This document shows positions 43,713 through 58,134 of a stretch of DNA of 64,000 nt, piece by piece. A program made the position numbers and the translations under genes. The stretch lies in assembly GCA_951406725.2 (NCBI GenBank), contig OX597817.1, positions 7,688,001-7,752,000 on the forward strand, given 5' to 3'. Every line of letters starts with the position of its first letter. Positions within the stretch are counted from its first letter, which is position 1. This DNA comes from Octopus vulgaris. Taxonomy: Eukaryota. The notes below the pieces were generated by a model. The model was not told the DNA's origin, searched no databases, and worked only from the letters and a program-made list of their open reading frames with translations.

Positions 43713-44437
43713 TGTATGTATGTATGTATGTATGTATGTATACACACGGTTTTCTATTTGTTTTACAAGCTTCCTGATGTGAAATCGTGTGTTGAAAGAG
43801 AGACTTATATTTCGGGACGGTCATTTTTTCATTTTTTTTTCGCCACGCACTATACACTCTATATATATATACACGCGCAATATATATACTCGTCCTTCAC
43901 TTCAGCTTTAATATTGTTCTCATTTTAGTCTTTTATCTGAAATCTTTCGTCGCACATCCTGTGACCTCTTTAGCCGCTCTCCATCCGACTTGTCTACTCC
44001 GGGTTTGTTTAGTCCATTCTGTCTTAGAAAGACAGAAGAAGACATGTGGGATGAATAGTCGCTCAAGTGGTCACAGGAGTTGTTATCTCGGGACAAATAC
44101 AGCAGTTATTAACCTAGCGTCAGAATCTATACATTGCATATGATACAGAGATGGCTATTTTAATTAAATACTGCTATCAGACTATCGAATGTTGTTATAC
44201 ACCTTTGGTCACATTGCGCTTTCAGCACTTTTTTGATTGCGTTCTTTATTTCCGTGTTAACATTAATCGTTTAACTAACACCATGGAGGCTTTCCGGATG
44301 TCCTTTTCCGATCCTTTTGTGTACGACTCGGCAACTGTACGGCTTCAATTGTTCTCTGTGGACCTTGTGATTACGTTAAAAATTCCGCTCTGCTCTCGTA
44401 TTACATCATTTCGGATATGCCCTCGCAACGGTATTAC

Positions 44438-44476
<39 letters not shown>

Positions 44477-45139
44477 AACATATATATGTACATACGTGAA
44501 AACAAAGAAGAAATCTATTGATTATCATCATCATCACCATCATCATTATCATCACCATCATCACCATTTTCTTCATCTGGTTTCTGCAGTTCAGAGAAAA
44601 CTACATGGAAAGGTCAAGTTGACTCTGTTTCTTTTTATTTCTTTCACCCTTAACAAACTTGGTTAATATTCTTTTATTAGTTATTTTTTAATTCCTCTGA
44701 GTTTAACTATTTCTCTTTTATTGTTTTAGAAGAAAATATTTTTTACCAATCCTTTATCAATTTTTTCTTAATATTCTTTTTTATCATTCGTCCATATTTT
44801 TTCGTTTTTAGTTATTGATCATATACTTATCTGTATTTTTATTGGTTTTTTTTGCTGTAATTCTTTTGTTTTATTATCCTTCATTTTAATAACAGTACCC
44901 CGGCGGGGTGGAGGATGGGGCGGTGTTGGTTACGTTTCTGTATTTTACGTTTCATTCCCATTGTTCGGTTTGTATTTAAGGAATATCGAGGTTTCATTTA
45001 CTTTCCCAACACTACAAGTCGATAGTTTCTTCGTTTCACTAGCTTCGAAATTCTTCGATTGATAAATAAATTCGATTTTGTCTGTTCTGTACAGGAACAG
45101 TATGTGAGTGTGAGTTTGTCTGTATGGAAGAATGAATAT

Positions 45140-45637
45140 ACGTGAGTGCGCGTATGTGGTTGTGTATATATGTGTGTGACTGTGTGCGTGTTTGTGTAAA
45201 TGTGCGTGAATATATATATATCGAGGGACATAAATATAGATATATATGCATATATATGTATTTATGTACATATAAATATATATATATATATATATACTTA
45301 CACACACACATATATATATATTTACATATACATGTATATATATATACATGTATGTATATATATACATATATATAAATATGTATATATATATACATATACA
45401 TATATATATAAATGTATATACATATTCATATGTATATACATATATATACATATACATATATATACATATATACACACACATATATATACATATATACGTA
45501 CGTATATATACATATATATATATACTTAAATATATACTTAAATATATATATATACATATATATAAACATATATACCTATATACACATATATACATATATA
45601 TACATATATACATATATATACAAACATATATATACGC

Positions 45638-45685
<48 letters not shown>

Positions 45686-45737
45686 GTATACCTGCATATA
45701 TATATATATATACATATATATATTTACATATATAAAT

Positions 45738-45773
<36 letters not shown>

Positions 45774-45880
45774 GTACATATGTATGAATATATAAATCTA
45801 TATATAGATATATATATACATACACACACATACGTACGTATGTGTGTATCCATATATACATATCTGTACCCATATATTTG
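45140..45880. repeat. Compound (TA/CA)n low-complexity tract
   Basis: Read directly; a similar tract lies at 10600-10900. Confidence 0.95.
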
Positions 45881-46113
45881 CATGTATTTGAATGGTTCAC
45901 TTTGTACGTTTCTCTGAGTGTGTTTACGAATTTTCAGGTGCAAGTTTATAAGCGTGAGTGCTTGTATTTATTGCCTATGCCAGTAAACATGTATATGTGA
46001 ATTCATGTGAAAATGTAAAGATATTCTGATGAAGATTTTCGAAATTTACATTATTGACCTCTCAGCAGACAAAGAATGTAAGACTTTGCATTTTTGCTAC
46101 AGGGTGCCCCTCT

Positions 46114-46164
<51 letters not shown>

Positions 46165-46536
46165 TCTATCTCTATCTCTACCTATCTATCTGTCTATCTT
46201 GGTCTCTCACTCTCTTACTGTTTCGCATTCAGACTTTCTACCTCATACCACTTCAATTTTGTTTTGTTCTTTAATTTGTCTCCCTTCTTCATCTACCTCT
46301 CTTCTTTCTCCTTCATCTTCCTCTGTTTTACCGGCGGATATAAACACACCAGCATCGGTTGTCAAGCGATGGTGGGGGGACAAACACACACACACACACA
46401 CACACTTAAATATGTACATATATATGTGCGTGTTTGTTTGTGTGTACATGTGTGTATGTATGTGTGTGCTAAACAAAGTGATACAGCAAAGCCAATGCAG
46501 TGTGAGATGTCTAGGTCGTTAATAATGAGAAAGGTG

Positions 46537-46584
46537 GTCTTACAGCTGTTTCAGAGATATAAGTGATAACCCATCATCAGAGAC
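46537..46584 (-). ncRNA. Hammerhead ribozyme motif
   Basis: Minus strand GTCT-CTGATGA-tgggttatcacttatatctct-GAAAC-AGCT-GTA-AGAC: stem I GTCT/AGAC, palindromic stem III ACAGCTGT, GUA cleavage triplet. Confidence 0.7.
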
Positions 46585-46789
46585 GATATAAGGAAATAGT
46601 AGAAATTTAAATATATGGAAAGGAAGTATGAGAATAAAAATATATATCAGATGCTAAAGCTGCTGTTCCATTATCCAAGAAATGTGCTGTGTAGAATGGG
46701 TAAAGAGGTTTCTTGTCCATGGTTTGTAAATTCCGATAGGAATCGATAATGAACAGCAACTTTAAAATCTAACATATATTTTTATTTTC

Positions 46790-47000
46790 AAAGCTGCTGG
46801 ATGGGCCCGTATGATAGAGACGCAGCATGGCAATGATGGCACAATAAGGTCTAGACTTGTTTGGGCACCTACTGGCATGGTTTTCACCAACTGGCAGCAG
46901 AATGGGTTTATTCCCGGGTCTGTGAGCCGGGGGTGGTGATGCTGCTTAGAAAGGACCCAAACATGGGGGATACTATAAATAATTTCTGGCCCATCAAATA
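46790..47000 (+). mobile_element. L1/Tx1-like RT fragment
   Basis: WQQNGFIPGSVSRG/VVMLLRKDPNMGDTINNFWPI resembles RT domain 0-1 (G.ITLL.K....NWRPI). Confidence 0.6.
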
Positions 47001-47954
47001 TCGATCTGTGGGTGTATGCCCAAAAATCCAAAATCATACCGGAGTCGAAGCAGGAGGAAGTGAACATAACATTCACTGTTAGTTTTCAGTTCCCGAATTT
47101 TGAAGCCGGATAATATATCTCAGTGTCTTAGGTAGAAAAAGGTCAGGGTTCAACCGACACATACATATTCTTAAGTCTTCTTGAAGCCGCTTGCCTGAGC
47201 ACCTGAGTGCTGAGCAATTGGTCTTGTTGATTGTTAACAAGACGAAAGACTCTGGGCCAATCTCCCACTCTTGACTCCTGGCGATTGTGTGATCTGTTTG
47301 CAGTATAATATCACAGCGAATTTAAATGCATCGTTATCAAATATACTTGTTGTATATGCTTTCATATATACATGTTTTGAAAGCAACACTGTATTAGTAC
47401 TTTTGCTGGTGTACATGTGTGTATGTGTATGAGCGTTTAGTGCATGCATGCTATGTACATGTGTGGGCGTGTTTTGTAAATAAAGTATAGTCAGGGAATT
47501 AGCGATTATGATGATGATATAATCTAAATTCAGTGTCAGTAATTATATTGCTGATGTATAAGTGTGGTATTTTAATAAATGTCGACACACATGGGGACAT
47601 GAGGAAACTGCTTTCTTATTTCTGTCCAGTGTTCTAAAACCATGTTGTGCAAAAGAAAATTTTCGTGAATGCATATGTGACAGAGTTGTCACATAGCGAA
47701 GTCTAAAAGTTACCATGAAATGTTATAGCTTTCGAGTACCAATGGTGTATATATCTAAAAACATGGTTACGTTGATTGCATTTTTTATGTGAATTTGTTG
47801 TTTGTTAAACTGATACCATCAGTATCAATGAAATTACATTTTACTGTGCCCAAGTAAACAAGGAACATTTCAAAACATTCGTCATTGATCAGACACAAAT
47901 TTGGTGAGAAGCAGCTGCATATTTCAATCTTGTTGCAGTGTTGTGCAAACTCTC

Positions 47955-48325
47955 TCTCTTTACTCTTTTACTCTTTTACTTGTTTCAGTCATTTGACTGC
48001 GGCCATGCTGGAGCACCGCCTTTAGTCGAGCAAATCGACCCCCAGGACTTATTCTTTGTAAGCCTAGTACTTTTCTATCTTTCTCTTTTGCCGAACCGCT
48101 AAGTGACGGTGACGTAAACACACCAGCATCGGTTGTCAAGCAATGCTAGGTGGGCAAACACACGCACACAAACACACACACATACACATATATATACATA
48201 TATACGACAGGCTTCTTTCAGTTTCCGTCTACCAAATCCACTCACAAGGCATTGGTCGGCCCGGGGCTATAGCAGAAGACACTTGCCCATGTGGTTGGTT
48301 AGCAAGCTACTTACCACACAGCCAA
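47955..48325 (-). mobile_element. SINE A copy (B-box region deleted)
   Basis: Reverse complement of family A including the tail TTGTTTCAGTCATTTGACTGCGGCCATGCTGG. Confidence 0.88.
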
Positions 48326-48670
48326 TCCTGTATATCATTTTCTTATTAATTGATAACGGCATTTTAACAACGTTGTTATTGTTGTCCAATAAAGAGATGC
48401 AACTGCACAAGTTGGTGGTTAGAGATTTTCTAATGAGGTACTAACATTAATTGAATGTGGTAGATTAAATCACAACACTTGTGTTTTCTTGTTATAGTCT
48501 GTGTGCATTTAAAATACTTATTTTTGTCTGTAACAAACTGCTTGCGAGTATGTTATTACATATGTTCAACACCCAATTAAATGCAGCTTCCTCGTAAGAG
48601 ATGGCAAAGATTATCATGCTTGAAATACTGGGTAGGTTTCCAAGATTACTTGGCGGGTATTCGAACTGCA

Positions 48671-48721
<51 letters not shown>

Positions 48722-49099
48722 TGTATATGACATGTTATATAATATTTATGTTATATATTATATCATGTTTTATATTGTTGTTATACATTTTATTGTTGCT
48801 TTGTTTTATAAAAACTATTCCAAGTCTCACTCACAGAATAATAGCAAGCTGCACATCTTACTTTGAATATTATTTATGTTTAGCAATGATATAGTTTATG
48901 TGAAGGAGGCCCAGGAGGCAAAGGCGCTGATCTGACAGAATCGTCAGCACGCCGGGCAAAAATATTTAGCGGCATTTCTTCCGCCTTTACGTTCTGAGTG
49001 GAAGCATGTCTTTGTATGTCTTTGAAAAACGGTCAAACTAAAGCATTCTGTCTAATTTTCTCTGTAATTTTCTAAACTTTGTGTTACTTTGTAACACAA

Positions 49100-49800
49100 T
49101 AAATTTGAGCGAAATAGTTTACTATTAGACGTGGGGTTGCACCATGGTTACCCCCATAGTTGGTAATTTCGCGAACGTTTTCATGACGAAATTCGAAACA
49201 CAGTTAAAAGACATTCAAATAGCTGCACGATCATGAACCAATGCTCTGTTACGGTTCATTAATAACGTCTTTTTTGCTTGGAAAGGATCACCAAACAGTT
49301 TACTTAACTTCTTGAATTTATGTGACTGTTTCACAGAAAACTATAGCTTTAAGTTCACTATAAAATTAACGTCTAATTTTTCAAAAACTTGCGTGGAACT
49401 TTTGGTAAAAAAAATTAACTTTTGAGGCCGAGTAGTTACAGAGTTATTTTGTAAACCCATGTCATGCTACATTTAAATCCACCGCCACTCTAATCATTCA
49501 CATCATGCAATCAAGTGAAATCCGAAATCCCAGTCTTTGAGGATAAAACGGATTCGTACTGACATAGGGGATTACTAGAAACATGCAAATGTTTTGGTCT
49601 GTCATTATGTCAAGCGCAAATGACATTCCTAAAATTAGCCAGGAAAGTCAAACTTTCGAGCCAAATTTTCGCAACCAAATTAAAATTTGTGATCGAATTT
49701 CTTTAGCAATTAACTGACACCGAAATTTCGCTGGCATTTCAAGTGTTTCATGAAAGTTACCCGTATATTTCAGAAGTATTCTCGTTTTCAACAAATATTG
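49100..49800 (+). mobile_element. Decayed Penelope-like element RT fragment
   Basis: GCTMVTPIVGNFANVFMTKFET, LRFINNVFFAWKG (cf. RFIDD) and PKSQSLRIKRI (cf. PYSQFLR..RIC). Boundaries approximate. Confidence 0.65.
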
Positions 49801-50631
49801 CTACATCCGCCGTGTTCGAGATCGAAAATTGCCGACAGTCAAGGGTAAGAAAACTTCTGAGGCAAGATTCTCGTATTAGAGGTTTGAGTATTAGAGGTTT
49901 TGGGGGCAAATCTTCTTGCGATCTAATGAGATAATTCTCAGTCTCTGGGAAGAACAGGGCAAAAGCCTTAAAGGTAATATCAGAGACAGCAGAGATATAT
50001 TTCGGTTGGATCTGGGAAAAGACTAACAAAAACGACCTCCATACCGTTTGAAGGTTATATTTTTGTTTTAATGCCAAAGAAAGCAACTCTGGGTAAGCCA
50101 TTGTAATAACGTTGACGTTTCACGCTACCGTGACAACGTTATTAAGTTTGAAAATTACGGAGAAAATTTACAACCATATGAAATCCCCAGGCGGTTTAAA
50201 AGCACTACTCTCCGATATCCAAGGGGCTAAAAAGTGTCACCAGGATTCATGATCTGGATGCAACCCGTCCTTCTTAGGATATAAGAGGTTAAGGGCCAAA
50301 ACAATTGCCTGAGGGCTGTTTGTTCTCAGAAGACTTTCTGCTGTTCAGCCCTTTTGAGAGTTTCCTACCACTAAGAAAGCTATTAACCACTACCTCTGAC
50401 CCCAATAAAACTATCTTGGACTTACTGAACGCTGCACCTCGAAAAACATCCACAAGATAGGTGAGCCCTGCTCATTGTGTAACAATATGGGTCAAGTCCA
50501 GTATAACAGAAATGTTGATTTATACAGTAGGTGAGACGTGTAAGGATTCCCTATTGGCGTTCGCAGCGAAATTCAGTAAACACAACTTCATTTATGTTAG
50601 TTGCACAACATAACAATTAAATAAAATGTTC

Positions 50632-50995
50632 AGGCGCAGGAGTAGCTGTGTGGTAAGTAGCTTCTTACCAACAACATGGTTTCGGGTTCAGTCCTACTGC
50701 GTGGTACCTTGGGCAAGTGTGTTCTACTATAGCCTCAGGCCGACCAATGCCTTGTGAGTGGATTTGGTACAAGGAAACTGAAAGAAGCCCGTCGTATATA
50801 TATACTTGTGTCTGTGTTTGTCCTCCAACATCACTTGACAACCGATACTGGTGTATTTATGTTCCTGTGACTTAGCGGTTCGGCAAATAGAATAAGTACT
50901 AGGTTTACAAACAATAAGTCTTGGGGTCGATTTGTTCGACTAAAGGCGGTGCTCCAGCATGGCCGCAGTCAAATGACTGAAACGAATGAAAATTA
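50632..50995 (+). mobile_element. SINE A copy, full length
   Basis: Runs from AGGCGCAGGAGTAGCTGTGTGG to GGCCGCAGTCAAATGACTGAAAC. Confidence 0.9.
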
Positions 50996-51496
50996 AAATT
51001 ATAATGGGTATAGGTAGGACGTCAGCACAATAACAATAGTTCGACGGAGCTTGCCGAACGTTTCACATCAAACGGCTATAATTTTGAGGAACTGTATATT
51101 CTCAGAAAATATTCTAACTCTACTACACTTTCAGTCCTCAAAACACGAAGATAAATATACTGCGTCTGTGAATAACGTGACGCTCTGAAAGAACGAACAA
51201 AATGTCTGGCGAATTGCATCACATTTACACAAAACTTTTCCACTAAGTGTTCTCTGTACTGTTTTCTTTTTCTTTCTTTCTTTCTTTTTTCCATTTTCTT
51301 TGTTACCAACAAGAAAAAGTGAAAACTCATGACGCCATTTTGTCTGAAAAAGGAACGCAGGATATTTCCGTTTATATTTCAAAATTCGGTATTTCTGTGT
51401 TCTTTTCATTTTACATTTTGAATCTGAGCAACAGAGGCACTGTTGAAATATCAATGCCTTTTTATTTCAAATCGTATCACGCCCTTCTTATTGTCT

Positions 51497-51720
51497 AGAA
51501 TCGTTAACACACCGGACAAAATGCTTAGCAGCATTTCGTCCGTCTTTACGGTCTGCTTTACGTTCTGAGTTCAAATTCCACCCACGTCGACTTTACCTTT
51601 CATCCTTTCGGGGTCGATAAAACAAGTACCAGTTGAGTACTGGGGTCGAGGTAATCGACTATCCCCCTCCCCCAAATTCCAGGCCTTGTTCCTATAGTAG
51701 AAAGGATTATTATTATTATT
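51497..51720 (+). mobile_element. SINE B copy ending in (ATT)n
   Basis: Family B body ending CCTATAGTAGAAAGGATTATTATT. Confidence 0.85.
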
Positions 51721-51725
51721 TGTAA

Positions 51726-51765
<40 letters not shown>

Positions 51766-52293
51766 TGTAGTTGTAGTAGTAGTAGTATCATCATCATCAT
51801 CATCATCATTATTATTATTATTTACTTTTAATCTGCATGTTTTTTGCAATCACTTGCCGAGACACACCCAGCGTCCTAGGGTGAGTGAAGGATAAGATGT
51901 TACAGAATGATTGAAAGTTTGAGGAGGGAAAGTGGCAGGGTCGGTAGCGAAATGTAATACAACACACATTTAAATTCGTAGAATTTTTCTAAAGATGTGG
52001 GTAGTACTTGTGAGCACAATCTTTTGGATTTCTCTGAGACATGGTTCTCCTGGGATATTATCTAGATGTTTTTGACATCTCTTTCTTATTATACCTTGAG
52101 AACCCACAATAACCAGAACAGTTCTCGCTTTAACATGCCACATCTTTTGCGCTTCAATTTCTAGGACCTTATATTTACTTAATTTCCAAAATGCCTTTTC
52201 AGATATATTTTTATCAGTGGGAACATTTACATCTATTAGTCTACGATACTCGACACATCCACTCTCTGCCCTTGTGGCAAAATTTGATTATTA

Positions 52294-52361
<68 letters not shown>

Positions 52362-53352
52362 CTGATTAACACTGATTAGTTCTGATATAAATAGATTGGA
52401 AATTTCTTATCTATATTAAATGCTATGATGGAAAATTAACTAATTTAAGAGGGTAATTTTAAAATTTAAACAGTGTAATTAGATTTTCCTGAATTTATCT
52501 ACTTGTTATCCGTTATTGTTTTTTAGAGATAGATGCACTGCTACCCCTGTAAAGATAGCCTTGTTGCACATGTCTGAACCTGACATAAATCAAATTGAGA
52601 ACATAAACCTATTAAATTTGAAATTAATGTTGCATCGTTTGCTCGCAAGCAAACATTGAACTTTTTTTTAAAGATTAGATTTTGTAGTATAAAGAACTAT
52701 TTGTATGTCACTACTTCTAACGTAAAACGGCTATTTAGCAAATTTTAAAGATTTTACGAGTAAAAGTTGATATACAAGGGTAGCAGAGTTAATATATAAT
52801 TGTACTTGCAGACGATCGGGGTGGGAATCGTCTACATCAATATCTCACCAGCATAGGAGAGTCAGAAAATATGAGCACTTCGCCTACACCCTTGATAGAC
52901 AGACAGACAGACAGAATATCCATTCAGAATATATGTAATCTGTGACTTCATCAGTTCATCTGATACATGCTAACCGATACATATATACTTTATAAATAAT
53001 TCGTAACCCATCACTTTAGGGTACTCTTCACTTTCAAATGGTTTTATTAACCTCTCCATGAATAAATACTATGATGCACTATATATTACTAACGTAAGAA
53101 TCTGAAGTGTTGTATGGTTCACGAGCAATTCCTCACCTCACAGTGCCGAGTTCAAATCCTTTCATGACGGGGGATAGTTTAGAGAGGGTGAGCTTTATTT
53201 AGATGCTGATTTGTTCAAGCCATTCTACATGAGAGTAAAGTGTTCAAATGATACTCATATAACTTGAAGTTTAATAGAAATAACTCTTTCTCTTTCTGTT
53301 TCCTTCTCTCCTCCTCTATTCCACTTACTTTTTCTCACACACTTCTCTCTCA

Positions 53353-53695
53353 AAGGAGTGAGCCGGCAGAAACGTTAGCGCGCCGGGCGAAATGCTTAGC
53401 AGTATTTCGTCTGCCGCTACGTTCTGAGTTCAAATTCCGCCAAGGTCGACTTTACCTTTCATCCTTTAGTGGTCGATTAAATAAGTACCAGTTACGCACT
53501 GGGGTCGATATAATCGACTTAATCCGTTTGTCTGCCCTTGTTTGTCCTCTCAGTGTTTAGCCCCTTGTAGGTAGTAAAGAAATAGGTATTTCATCTACCG
53601 CTACGTTCTGAGTTCAAATTCCGCCGAGGTCGACTTTACCTTTCATCCTTTAGTGGTCGATAAATTAAGTACCTTGTGCTTGGAGTAGTAAATAA
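53353..53695 (+). mobile_element. Composite SINE B copy
   Basis: Same head-body-tail 1-body layout as 16041-16438. Confidence 0.85.
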
Positions 53696-53784
53696 TATAT
53701 ATCTATCTCTTCCTATCTCACCTTCTCCTCTCTCTCTCTTTCTCTCTCTCTCTTACTATATATGTATATATATTCTTCTCTCTC

Positions 53785-53851
<67 letters not shown>

Positions 53852-54889
53852 AACATAAATTGCACAGACACTGAACTTAACTACTTACATTTTGCCTCAT
53901 GTCTTACAGATTTCATCGAAGTATATTGCATAAGTTCGAATTTAGTACGGATTCATATGTACGCTTTATGTGTGTTCAGATTCAGTAACGTCTCTGGTTT
54001 ATATATGCGTGTATTGCGCACGTGTGAGTGTATAATAAACATACATGAGTACATGTATACATACATGTACACTGTGTTTGTGTTTGTGTGTTTGTTTGTT
54101 TGCGCACGTGCGTGCGTGTATGTATAGAAGTATATATAGCCGTCATATCTAATACATCATCGCTAGGCAAGTTGTACTCTTCGTCCTGAGATTCCATTCT
54201 TAAAGGACGTACTGTGTTAAAAACACAATAAAGGTCGCAAAGAGATGAAAGATCGCCCCAGCATCAGCTAGCGTCTTTATGTGTGGGTGTGTGTGTGTGT
54301 GTGTGCGTGTGCGTGTGTGTGTGTGTGTGTGTATTGCTTTCATTGACTTGTTCTAGCAGCCACAAGATCTCACTGGCTGCTGCTGGGTAATTTTTTCGTC
54401 TCCTTCCGAAATGTATTATTTCACAATACAGCACGTCCCTAAGAGATGTTATCTCAGTATCGAATATCTCAGTAGCTAGCCTATCAACGGTGTATATATA
54501 CATAAAATAAGATGCATAGAAGGATACTGCTTTAACCGCGTATCCAAGATATGCATGTAGCCATATATATAAAACCAAAAGGCACAAGAACAAACATCAC
54601 TAAAAATGACTAAGACTGTTAGAAATAAAATTTCAATCAACTTTTAGCCGCTAGTAGACCATTTTCTGTTACTAAAGCAATTATCTATCGACTGACAAGG
54701 GAGACAAACTCCCTAAGCAAATGAGGGCGCCATATCACGGTGATATCGAATCAAATTGATCCTCATCAGTGGATAGATAAGTGCTTTTGTAACTGAAAAT
54801 GGTCTGTTCGTGCCTAAGAGTTGTTTTAACTCTTATTTTTAACAATGTTGTTTCTTACTTGCACCCTTAGTCACTTTTAGTGACGTTTG

Positions 54890-54944
<55 letters not shown>

Positions 54945-54969
54945 ATACATATATATACATACATACATA

Positions 54970-55003
<34 letters not shown>

Positions 55004-55060
55004 CGTTTAAATATTTGTTGTGCAAGATTTTTTATGTGAAGTCGTGTGTTGAAACAGATA

Positions 55061-55462
55061 TTGTTATATTTCGGAATGGTCATATTGCCAGTTTAGCCAA
55101 TAAAAACACACGCACTATATATTTGGTGTTATTTTGCTTTAGTGATATTTATTTTTTACATTAATCTTAATCTTATTTCGGCCAAAGTTCTTTCGTCACA
55201 CTCCTGTGACCGCATCAGTGGTCCTTTGTTTTCTTCTCACTTACTTGTCTCTCCTTACTAACGGTTAGTAAGGAGAGACACAAGTAAGTGAGAAGAAAAC
55301 AAAGGACCACTGATGCGGTCACAGGAGTGTGACGAAAGAACTTTGGCCGAAATAAGATTAAGATTAATGTAAAAAATAAATATCACTGAAGCAAAATAAC
55401 ACCAAATATATAGTGCGTGTGTTTTTATTGGCTAAACTGGCAATATGACCATTCCGAAATAT

Positions 55463-55467
<5 letters not shown>
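55061..55467. repeat. Near-perfect inverted repeat (arms 202 and 204 bp, 1-nt loop), Penelope-type pLTR palindrome
   Basis: 55061-55262 is the reverse complement of 55264-55467 apart from one substitution and a 2-nt indel. A hammerhead-like CTGATGC...GTCAC/GTGAC-GAAA motif lies at 55304-55348. A related single copy is at about 43750-44000. Confidence 0.95.
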
Positions 55468-55528
<61 letters not shown>

Positions 55529-55876
55529 TGTGTATCTACGAAATATGCATGTGTTGAAATGAATAACAACAAAAAAACAATAAAGGTGCAAGCATAACCA
55601 TATGGTTTAGAAATTGAATTTGGAATGTGAGTAAAACTGAATCCCTGGAAAGTGTATGGAAGCGTTTCGGAGACACACATCTGTGGAATTCTCAACTATT
55701 TATCGTAAATTCAGTGAACAGATGGTACAGTTGATCAAACAACTCAAACACAACGTCGAAACTGACGGAGATCCATTCCTTTATTGCTGAATAATATGAC
55801 TTAATACACAGTAAGTGCTCTTTTACTAAATTATAAATAATATACAATTATTTCTATTTCTTTATTTCCTTCACAG

Positions 55877-56052
55877 ACCTGATGATAGTTTCAGCTAGTA
55901 TCATTGTACTAGCCGTTGGCAGTACTGGTCGAATATTCGCAACTTCCTCATTGCGTGGTCTACGATTCTTTCAGATCTTAAGAATGGTACGCATGGATCG
56001 TAGAGGAGGGACATGGAAACTTCTCGGATCCGTCGTATGGGCACACCGTCAA
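55877..56052 (+). CDS. KCNQ: Internal coding exon of a KCNQ (Kv7) voltage-gated potassium channel: S3, S4 and S4-S5 linker
   Basis: Translates as (D)[58 protein letters not shown], containing the diagnostic KCNQ motif [23 protein letters not shown]. It is preceded by a polypyrimidine tract ending TCACAG (55876) and followed by the donor GTAAGT (56053). Length 176 nt, phase 1 start, phase 0 end. Confidence 0.97.
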
Positions 56053-56412
56053 GTAAGTTATATATTTATATACATATACATATATACATATGTACATTTT
56101 TGTGTTGGAATCCCTGTGATCGCTAGTTTATACATGATGTCTAATGTCCAGTGGAGCAGGCTGTGTATGTTATCTAATGAATACACACATATGCACACAC
56201 ACAGATGTATGTATGTCATTATTCAGTTTATTTCAAGGTTTGTAGCTAATAGAAAAACTTAGATCCATGGCTCCTTCACTGGAATTTCAACATCAACAAC
56301 AGGGTATTTTTGTATGTATGCATATGTGCAGATTTGTGTTTTGTTTTATGTATGTCTTCTCGTGTATATACTTGCATATCTAGACATGCTTGTATGTATG
56401 TATGTATGTATG

Positions 56413-56444
<32 letters not shown>

Positions 56445-56690
56445 CATGTACGTATGTATAAAATCCTGTTGCATAGGATTCATAAAGAATCAAGGTACAT
56501 CAACATGGCTAGCCAAAACCACGCAGAGCAGACAGTTAAGTAAGCCATTATCAGCGCAAAAGGCAGCGATGAAATCAAGACATTGTTGTTGGATAATCTG
56601 CAATTTTAATTGTATACAAGTTATATTCAGCAAATGGTAAGACGTCTGGTGTAGCGCGAAATAACAATAAACGAACAAATGGATTTTAAA

Positions 56691-56794
56691 TGTTGCAACA
56701 ATTGTTTCGCGGAGAATCTCTACTTTAATGCAAGCACAATACTATTTTTGAACTACGCAATACGTTATGCACATCCCACGCTCATCAGGCAATA
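56691..56794 (-). ncRNA. Hammerhead ribozyme motif with long stem II insertion
   Basis: Minus strand TTGC-CTGATGA-GCG...CGC-GAAAC-AATT-GTT-GCAA: stem I TTGC/GCAA, palindromic stem III ACAATTGT. Confidence 0.65.
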
Positions 56795-57976
56795 TTTAAA
56801 AAAAATAATGAAACAATGACTTGTTGAGTATTCGATTCTCAGACAAGTCTAGTCGCAACCAAAGGTACCAAATTATGAGAGTTATAAAGCGTGTGTATCA
56901 GGAAACTGACAATTAAAATTAGTATTGAACAGGAAGGAGAGGGATTATAATGTACTGCCATTGACCTTAAGATAAAAGAATTTCAGAGTTTCATTTATAT
57001 TCAATCGGCGCCGAGAATCAAATTGTCTCTTTTAGACATTTTCGGAGCAAACGTTAATAATCTATCCTAATACCGTTTATCTTTCTATTTTATTTTCTAC
57101 TTGTATGTATATATATATATATACACTTACTTATTTATAGGTTTGTGCATCTGTGTGTATGTTTGTGTGTATACACATCGGCTCACATATATACACATAT
57201 ATACATTATATGCATATATATACACGCATATTTGAATCGTAAATTTTGCACTAGTGATTTAATGTAAGAAAAAAAGGAAATAATAAGTGGAAAGAATATA
57301 TAAAGGAAACATAGAGTTGAAGTAAATATAAACAGAGTAAATACATTATAGAGAAAGGGATAAGGGGCGGAAATGGAAAAGGAGATAAAGAAGTTTTTAG
57401 AAAGAAGGACAGATATAGAAAACAATATAAGGATAAATGTAAACACTCGTCGTCCTAAACTAATAATTTAAACAAGTAAAGAAAAAGCAATAAAAGAAGG
57501 GAATAGGAAAATATGAGGAACCCAAATACTGAAATTCGTATATTTGATATATAATATCTACTGTTCGGTGAATGATTTAATAGAAGAATAAACTACTACA
57601 AAGAGGTCTATACTAAGTGATTAACTGGGAATGATGTAGTTATTATGAAGATATCCCAATACTCACATCAAAGTTAAAATTATAAGATGAAACTATATCT
57701 TCCGTTATCATATATGAGCTATTAGATTATTCACTGTTGCAATATTAGTAATATTCGGTCACACTAACCTATTAGATGTTAGACAAGAAGCCTGTTATTA
57801 AAGATAAATATTTATGGTGTATGATTTTAGATGTGAGTACACTAGCCAAAGTGATCTACAGAACAGGTTTAAAACACAGAATAGGTGTTCCGTATGGAAT
57901 ACGGGAATTAAATCCAAGTTCGTTTGATTTATTAATAACTTCAATTGAAGTTACATAGATACAAACAAGAAGATAT

Positions 57977-58036
<60 letters not shown>

Positions 58037-58096
58037 TCGTGTGTGTGTGTCTATATATATAAATATATACACACACATACAGCCAATATGTGTGTG

Positions 58097-58134
<38 letters not shown>

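Noticed and set aside
49757-50500. 114-aa minus-strand ORF and GC-richer flank
   Set aside because: No motif I can assign; probably decayed transposon sequence.
52538-52792. Possible piggyBac-like MITE (CTGCTACCCCTGTA / TACAAGGGTAGCAG-AGTTAA)
   Set aside because: Only about 14 bp with a mismatch, and TTAA on one side only; too weak to call.
56053-56262. Continuation of the 126-aa ORF past WAHRQ
   Set aside because: A canonical GTAAGT donor at 56053 is followed by TA-rich intron, and KCNQ similarity ends there.
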